DNA of 54,889 nucleotides from Rhizaria sp. SCN 62-66 (Eukaryota): NCBI GenBank assembly GCA_001724265.1, contig MEDY01000096.1, positions 62,001 to 116,889 of the forward strand, read 5' to 3'. Shown piece by piece: positions 33,455 to 42,400 of this stretch (position 1 is its first letter; each line of letters starts with the position of its first letter). The notes under the pieces were generated by a model. It saw only the letters and a program-made list of their open reading frames with translations, ran no database searches and was not told where the DNA came from. The position numbers and the translations under genes were made by a program.

Positions 33455-36400
33455 TTAATGCTTCGAGGCGTTGTCGCCGACACTGCTGCTGGTTCCCGAT
33501 GACGCGTGCGTGGAGCTGCCCAGCGGCGACGCCACGTTGAGCGGTGCAGGCCGCACGGCGGTCGCGGGCCCCGCAGTCACAGTCGCAGCCGCGGCCGCGG
33601 CCGCGGCAGACGGCGACGCGGGCGCAGAGGCCTCGGAGCCCGTCTCTGACCGGCTCGCAGCAGCGGGGCTCACGGCCACGGGCGGCAGCTGTGAGAGATT
33701 GAAGCTGGGGAAGCCACCGCTGCTGCTGCCGAGCGCGCTGTTGCTCGCGCTCGCAGGCAGTGAGCCAGATCCGCCATTTGCAGCCGCCGCCGAGTTAGCG
33801 TTGGCGCTGGCGAGGTTGGTGTTGCTGTTGCTGTTGGGCGCCGCAGAGGAGAACGACGACCCTGTGGAGGCAGTGCCCGAGGCGGCCGCGTTCGCGGACA
33901 CGGTGGCCATCGCGATCAGAGCGGGCGCGGGACCGGCGTCGTCCCCGGCGCCCTGTGACGACTGCGGCGGCGAGAAGAGCGACTTGAAATTCTCAGCGCG
34001 GCGCTGCCACTTAGTGAGCTCGGTGATGAGCTGCGGCATGTCAAGCGTGCGTGCGGGAACGGAGCCGACGCCGGGGGCGAGTCCCGCAGCGGTGGCCACG
34101 GTCGCGGCCGGCAACAGCGCCTCCGCGCCAGCCTCGTCGAGGCAAGAGTCGCGCAGGAACACGGCGTTGATAGCGTCCCAGTTGGCGCGGTTCTCGGCCA
34201 TCATGCTGCAGCACAGACGCGTGCCGGGCAGCAGCTGGCGCAGCGAGACGTAGAGCGGCGCGACGATGAAGTCGACAAAGTTCATGTTGAGCTGCGCCTG
34301 GTTGGTCTCGCTGCGGATGCCGTTCTGCGATACGGGAAGCTTGTGGCGCAGCTCCAGGTCGCCCTGCGAGAAGAACTCCTCGCATACAGTGTCGGCCCAA
34401 GGCCGCGCCTGCTGCCACGTCTTCGATGCGTTGGAGATGTCGGCCGCGTGCAGGATCACGTTGAGCACCACGGCCTTCTCCGTTGCAGACAGCGCGCCCT
34501 GTACGAAATGGTACAGCGGCAGCTCGCGCGCGACCTGAGGCGGCCCACCCGAGATGCTGCCAGAGATCCCGCCGGCGGCGGCGGCCGCGGCGGCCGAGAA
34601 GGGCGAGGTAATGCCCGTGATGCTGCCGCGCATCGTCAGCGGCGGCCGCGGCGGCAGCGAGCCCATGCCAGAGGAGCGCGGCAGTACCATGCTGCGGCGG
34701 TGGCTCAGCGTCGGCGACGCCAACGGGGACATCGACACACGGTCACGGTCGCGGTCCGCGCTGCCGGAGCCGACGCTAGTGTTGGTCGCACTGTCGTCCG
34801 CGGCCGCGGTGGCGTTGGCGTTGGCGGCCGAGGAAGAGAACGGGAACGGGTCGGCGGGGCCGCGGCGCGCAGGGGACATCGGCACCAGAGCCGCGGCCGA
34901 GTCTTGGCCACCGCCGCTGTTGCTGCTACCCGCGGGGCCAGGGCCCGTGGAGCCTGGCAGCAAGCCCCAGAAGACGGAGAAGCCTTGGTTGCGACGGGCC
35001 TTGGCGCGCGCCGTCTTGAGCTTCTCGTTGATGGCGTTGAGCTTCTCCACGAGCGAAAAGTGCGAAGTCATGTCCGTGGACAGGATCGCAGACGTGACCG
35101 TGGAGCGGAAGTCCTTGTACTCGGCCGATGTGAGGTTCACCAGCACGTTCGACTCGGGCTTGAGCAGCAGCTTGAACAGCACGTGGCAGTGATGGTGCTC
35201 CAGCACGGACTGGTCGTTGTACAGCAGCGCCAGCTTGGTGCGTGCGTTGACCTGATACTGGTTATTGGTGCCCGGGTGACGCACGTCGTGGCCGAACGCC
35301 GACATGAGCAGCGCGAACCGCTCCAGCGGGGTCAGGAACATGGCGGCGCCGAACTGCGTGAGGAACGTGAACACCGTCTGCGTGACGTCGACGGCGTGCG
35401 CGAAGTTGTGGTACGGGTTCGCGGCGTAGTTCTCCATCACATCCACCAGGAATGTCGCGAAGTTGAGCGTCGGCACCTTGTACGCGCGCAGGATGTCGAA
35501 GGAGATGAAGATGCGCACGATGGCCTCGAGCCGGTCGTCGTCCGTCGCCGCGGCGAGCACGTTCCAACCCCAGTCATCGAGTCCGTTGGCAATCGCGGGA
35601 CTGTAGCCCAGCGTCTCGGGCGTCTCGCAAACCGGCTCCGCGGCCGCAGCGGCGGCCGCGGCGGCGGCCAGCGATGCCTGCGCGGCGTTGAAAGGGAACG
35701 ACACAGACGCGCGCGCGGAGAGCGTGGGCGCGCCAGAGCTGGCGGCGCTGGACGTAGTGTGCGCGCCGATGATGGGCGACACAGAGCGCATGCGCACGTC
35801 GGGAGACATCGACACAACCGAGTTGGGCGTGCCGGGCACCTCAGCACCCGCGCCCGCGGCGCCTGAGGCGGCTGCCGTGGCCGTGGGCACCGGGGCCGCG
35901 TGCTGGCCTGCGTGGGTCGAGCTGATGCTCGTCGTGCGGCGGATCGGCGTGAGCGGCGTGACGGGCTGCGAGCCCGACGCGGAGCCGACAGAGCCCGCGT
36001 CGCCAGCGCTGCACGTCACCACGCCAGCGGCGGTAGCGGAAGAGCCAGGAGCGCCGGGCTGCGTCACGTGCTGGATGCCGAGCGCGCGTTGCGCGTTGAG
36101 GTCGTCGATGAGCACGACGAGACGGTCAATGCGGGCCACGCGGGCCAAACGCTCAGTCTCGGCCGACGCAGCCAGCAGAGCGGCCTCGTCCTCGTCGTCG
36201 TTGGCCAGCGCGCCGCGCGGGGACAGCAGCTGCGAGCGCGACGGCGACGCCAGCACGCCCGTCTCGGACGCGGCGACCGTCGACGCCGCAGCGGCCGCCT
36301 TGGCAGCTTTGTTGGCCTGGGCAGCGCCAGCGCTGGGGGACGTAAAGCCCGAAGCGGAGACCTTGGGCGCCGCAGAGCCCACGGCGGGGGCACCCGAGGC

Positions 36401-39400
36401 GTGCGCACCACCAGCGGCGGTAGCAGCGCCAGTCGCAGCGGCGGCGGCGGCAGCGGAGGCGGCCGTGGTGGTCTTGGGCGGGTTGGCCATGCGCGCGGTG
36501 GCGCTGGGCGGGCCTCCGTCCTCGGAGGCGTCGACCGAGGCCACCGAGGGCGACGTCAGCGCGGGCGCCTGCGAGCACGCCGACGAGGGCGACACCAGCA
36601 GCGGCGCCGCGCCGCGGAAGCCGCCGATGCGCGACGACGTCGACGGGCCCTCGGCGGCAAGCGGGCTGATGGGCGGGATCGAGCCCGTGTCGGCGCCGTC
36701 GTCGGTAGTGACCGTGACCTGCGCCTCACCCAGCCGCTGCGACTCGCGCACCGCGGCAGCCATGCCGGCCTGCGCGGCGGCGGCGATGACGGCGGCCGGG
36801 TCGGACGAGGAGCCCGCGCCCGCGCCGCCGTCGGCACCCGTGTTAGCGGTCATCATCGCCATGTCGACCGAGGACATGACGTCGTGCGAGTACGACGCAG
36901 CGAGCCACTTCTTGGCCGAGTCGTCAATGTCGGCGCCCTCCATGAGCTCGGTGAACGACGCCAGACCGACGGGATGCGCGGCAGCAGCCTTGCGCTCCGC
37001 CTTGTTGTGGCGCGCGTGCATGCGGCGCACCGTGACAGCGTGGCGCGATGCCGCGGCCTCGATCGCGGCGTGTTTGGCCTGCACGTCGGCCAGCACGCGC
37101 AGCAGCTCGGCCTCGGTCATTCCGCCCACGGTCACCGCGCCAGAGGCCGAGGCCGCAGAGGGCGGGCCTGTGGCCGTGACGGCGACAACGGCCAGGTCGA
37201 TCATCGACTTGGCCTCGAGCGCGAGCCCGCGAACCGTGGCTGTGAAGGACGTGTCCTCCTGCAGCACTTCGGCTTCGAACTCGCTGACGGCGTCGCGCGC
37301 ACCGCGGCGCCGGTGGTGGCCGTAGCCGTGGCCGTACTCGCTGCCATCGTCGTCCTCGTCTTCGTCGTCCCAGTAGTAGTCCTCGTCGTCGTAGTCGTCC
37401 TCGTCGTCCAGACTGGTGCCGTTCTGGTTGTGGTGGGCAAAGTACTGCGCACCCGACGCGTAGCGAATCACGGCCGGCGCATCGTCATCACCATCGTCGT
37501 CGCCGTTCTTGCCCGCGCCGGTAGCGTCGCTGAAGCTGGGCCGCTTGCTGCTGCCGCGGACGCCGCTGTTCTGCACCGACATGGCCGGTGTGGCGAGCAC
37601 GTCGGCGTTGGTCACGGCCGAGTGCGTCGCCGTGTGCAGCGCTGACGGCGGGTGGCGCAGCGCGTCGCGGCTGACGACCTTGATCGACGGCATCGCCGCG
37701 GGGGAGACCGTCGTCGGCGACGCCGTGGGCGCCGTGGACGGCGTGCCGCCGATGGTCACGCGCGGGCCGTTATTCGCGTTCGCGAACATGCCCGAGCGCG
37801 TGCCGCCCGCGCTCTGCGTCGCCGCCGCCATCGCCGCGGTGGAGCCGCCGGTAGTAGGCGTCGACGCCGCGGGGGTGACGGCCGCGGCAGCACTGGCACC
37901 GCCGGCGCCGATGCTGTGGTTGGGCCCGAACGCGGGCGCGGTCATCATGAAGCTGCCGCGCTTGTTCATGGGGCTCGCCAGCCCGCCCGCGCCGACGCTG
38001 CCGGTGCTGCTGAGGCCGCCGGGGACGCCGAGCGTGCCGCCGTGGCCGCCGTGGCGGTGCTCATAGCCGTGGCCGTGGCTGTGCGCGGGCGAGGTGAGGC
38101 CCGCGTCACCAGGGGAGGCGGGTGGAACGGTCGAGGCCGCGGCGTCCGAGGTGGAGCTGGAGAGCGCGAGCATGTCCTTGAACTTGTTGCGGATGCGCTC
38201 ATGCACGTGGTGGCGTACGATGCGCTCCAGCTCCGTGATCCACGTCACGCGCACCGCCTCGGACGGCAGCGCGACGACGAAGGGGCGCGAGGACCAGAAC
38301 AGCTCGAGGTCCTTGGACCACAGCTCCACGGTCACCTCGACCACGAAGGCCTGACCCTTGTACGTGCCGGCCGGAACCGACCGCACGCGCACGTTGCCCT
38401 CGTTGAGCGAGCACGCCTGCGAGGGCGGGCGGTAGAGTCCCGTGCTGTCGCCCTTGCGGAACTGCAGCGTGTCGCCCGTCAGCACCACGTTGCGCGGCTT
38501 CCACCCCGAGCCCAGGATCGCGGTCTTGTTCTTGTGCACCAGCAGCTGCGCTGACAGCACTTCCGTTTGCCGGTGCTGCAGCCGCTCGTGGTACCCGCGC
38601 CGTGCGTCCGTCTGCTCGTCCGCCGTGTACTGGATCGGCTTGGTGAGCTCCTGCATCATCAAGTTTGCGACCTTCTGCCGCAGCCGCTTGCGTGCGCCAT
38701 CCGACGCCGCGCGCGCCGCGGCTTGCTCACACCCGCGCTCCAGCGCGCTGCGCCACGAGTTAACCATCGCGAGCGAGTTGCCCGTGATGATGAACTGCGC
38801 GGGCTGCGTGTGGTAGTCGCCGCGCTTGGCGAAGCGGCTCGCTTCGATGCAGAACAGCGGGCCCGCGCTGCTGCCGTCGAGACAGTTGAGCCCCACGCCG
38901 CTCGCCGTCGCAGCGGCGCCGCGCGGATCGGGCTCGATGCGCGCGGCGTGCAGCGGCAGCACGCCGATGGGGCAGTACTGGTTGTTTTCATTCAGCGGCA
39001 GCCGCTCACGGGCCTCCGTGAGCAGTCGCGCGCGCTCGGCCTGTTCCTGGCGCTCGCGCATGCTGGAACCGAGGATATCCAAATCGTCGCTGCGGTCCTC
39101 GGCTGCTGACGCGTGCTTGTTCTCGGCCGCGGTCACTGCGGCGCTCAGCGCGGCGGCGTGCTCGACGTAAGTCGCGTAGTGCTCTTCGCTGTCCCACACA
39201 GTCACCAAGTCGCGGTGCAGCACGAAGTGGAGCGTCTGGAACTCGTCCGAGTCGTCGCGCGCGCGGCGCACGGAGAGGTCGTCCTGCATGATCGCGGGGC
39301 CGTAGAGTAAAGCCTTGGGCGCGATGATGCCGCGGCGCTCGAGCTCCTCGGAGTACGACAGCTCGATCTTCTTGACGATCCAGGACTTTTGTTCGAGCAG

Positions 39401-42400
39401 GATGCGCGACAAGATCATCTCACGCATGAAGCCCTGTGAGAACATGTAGATGCACTCGTCCGGGTACGGCCGCAGCTTGAACTGCTGGCTTTTGGCGAAG
39501 CCGAACTCGAGGTGATCGTCGTCGCCGCCGCCTCCGGAGCCGCTGTCGTGGGGGACGAGCACGCCGTCCTCGCCTTTATGCTCGCCCAGTGGGTCCGCGC
39601 CGAACCCCGTGGTGGCGGCGTCGAAAGTCATGCCGCTCTTTTGCAGCTCGAGCCAGCGGTGTGAACCGGGGAAGACGCGGCGCACGATGCCCAGCTCGAC
39701 CAGCACCCGAAGCTCGCGCGCAAGGTCCGCCGACGTCACGTCCAGCGGGTACGGCTGTGCGATGATGTCCAGCGTGAAGGCGTTGCCGACGCAGGCCGCG
39801 AACTTGAGCAGCATGCTCTGCGTCTGGTTCAGACGGTCGAGCCGCGAGCCGTAGATGGCCTGGAGCGCGACGGGAACCGAGATCTCGATCTCGTGCTCAG
39901 GGTACTGCGCCAGCGTCTGCGACACGTTGAGCTTGTAGTTCTCGCCGAACCACAGCAGCTGCGCCGACTTAAGCGCGGGCACAAGCTGCGACATCACCAG
40001 CGGGTTGCCCTGGCCCGTGTGCGCGATGAACGTGCGCATCGGCGTCGGCATGGCCGCGATCACAGTCGCGGGCGCGGGGTACTCAGCGTATCCGTCGCCG
40101 TCAGCGAGCTCAAGCTCGGCATCAATGAGGCACTTGGTAAAGATCTCCTCGGCCATCGTGCTCACACGCGCAGTCAGCGTCATCTTGACCGTGTCAGTGT
40201 CGGCACACAGCGCGAGGTAGCCCGGCGGCGTGGTCGTCGTGAAGGCGCCTAGGTGCAGCCGGTTGATGGGTCGCGTAGCGATGACGAGCAGTACGTTGGG
40301 TACGGCCAGCGGCATCGCAGCGCACACGGCCCACGACGACGCGTCCATGTGAACGGCGCTGTCAATGGTCAGCGCGAGTCCGCAGCGCGTGGCGGCCGAG
40401 CGCAGCCACACAAACATGAACACTTCGAGCAGCAGGAAGCGCCGCGCGGGCGACAGCTCCTGCACTTCGGGTGTGACGGTGAACTGCAGCTCGGGGAGGA
40501 TGTCGCCCAGCACGCAGATGTACCGCTCGTAGTTGCTCGCCGTGAGCGCGGGCAGCGGCGCGTCGGGGATCGCGAGCTTGCCCTCGAGCTGCCCGTGCAT
40601 CGCGTACAATCCGGGCTCCATCTCGTGCTGCGCCGTGCCGTCGGTGAAGAGCTGTGCGAAACGCTGCACCACGGCCGCGCGCCGCTGAGCCGCTGCGGTC
40701 GCCAGCACACGGCTCTGCATGCGGAGCCGGTCCGCCTCCAGCAGGTCCTCGCCGGTGGCGGGGCCGTTGGAGCCGCTCGACGGCCCGGTGACCGAGACGG
40801 AGCGCGAGTCAGAGATCGAGACGCTGGGCTCGTCGCTGTTCTGCATGCTGCTCGAGCGCTGCAGCGTGGAGCCCGCGTTGGTGAATTCTTCATCGTCCTC
40901 CTCTTCGTTGCCCTCCGCCACGGTGGGCGGGGAGCGCAGCGCGGCCGCGTCAGACGCGCTGCCGTTGCCGTTGCCATTGCCGTTGCCACTGCCGGTGCCG
41001 TTGACCGTGCGGTCGCTGGCGCTGGGCGTGCGGGGAACGCCCGCGCTGCCGAAGAGCGGGCAGACGCCGGGGGAACCGGAGTCCTGGAGCTGGCGCGCGA
41101 TGAGCAGCTCCGCCTCGAGCAGCTGGTACAGCAGCGAGCCCCAGAGCGCGAGCTTGCGCGTGTCCAGCGGGTTGGCCACGACGATCAGTGCGGGCAGCAG
41201 CGACGAGTCCATAACGAGGTCGAGCAGTAACGACTTACCAACACCCATCTCGCCCTCGACGAGGACGACGCGGCCCTTAAGCTGCGCTGAGGGCGAGTGC
41301 GGCATCGCCGTGAGCACCGACGGCAGCGACTGCACCGACGGCATGTACGCAATCACGGGCGCTGGCGGCGCGAGCAGACTCGAGCTGCCCGTCAGCGACG
41401 CGCTCTCGCGCCGGCTGTGGCCGCCCACGGGCGCCCCCGCCGTCGCGCTGCCGTTGAACGACAACGGCGTCGCGATGGGGTCCATCGGCGAGACCTCGTT
41501 GATCGCGGCCAGAGTCGGCGGCGCGTTCAGGTCGATCGCCAGCATGCGATGAGTGGGTGCCGGCGACGCGCGCGCGGAGGACTGCGACTCGCCGACGCGG
41601 CGCGTGACGAGCGGCGTGGCGAGGTTCAAACACGCGGCCGCCGAGAGGCCGAGCGCGGTGATGCGGTCGCGGCGACTGGCGAGGAATGACGTCTCCTCGG
41701 CGGGGTCAAACGCGCGCGCGAGCGTGAGCGTGAGCACCGAGTGGCGCGCAAACTCAGCGAACTGCGGGGAGCCGAGCGAGATGTTGCTCAGTGCCGCAGT
41801 GCGCAGGTTCTGCGCGTGCAGCAGCGGCGAGAGCGCATGGAGCGGCAGGTCCGACGCCATCACAGCGCAGCGCGCCTGGTGCGACGCGCGGAACCGGCGC
41901 GACTGCACGGTATCTTCGATGCCCGCTAGACCGGCAGAGTTGAGCGACGCGTACGACGCCACCAGCACCAGCGGCCGCTCCGCCGCAGCGGCAGCCGCGG
42001 CGGCGGCGGCGTCAGCCACGGACGCGGTCTGCGAGCCGCCGAGCTGGACGAGGCTGACGGAGGGCTGCGGTGCCAGGCTCGGCGGATCAGAGTCCGCGCC
42101 GTAGACCATGCCCGTAATGTGGCCCACACGGCCCGCGCGCGCGTCGCTGCCGCCGGCTGCGCCCGCGCCGCCGGAGCAGGAGCCGACGTTAGAGGGGCTG
42201 TTGAGCTCGAGGCGCTCGAGCACGGCGGCGAGCACGCCACCGATCGACGTGAGCCCCGAGTCGAAGGCGGCGTCGAGCTCGATCTGCAGCCCCTGCAGCG
42301 CGCCGTCCGAGTCGCGGAAAACCGGGATGAACGACGCCGCCGCGGTCGACAGCCCTGCTAGCGGACTGGCCGCGCTGCCCGCGCTCGTCACGTTGAAGGT

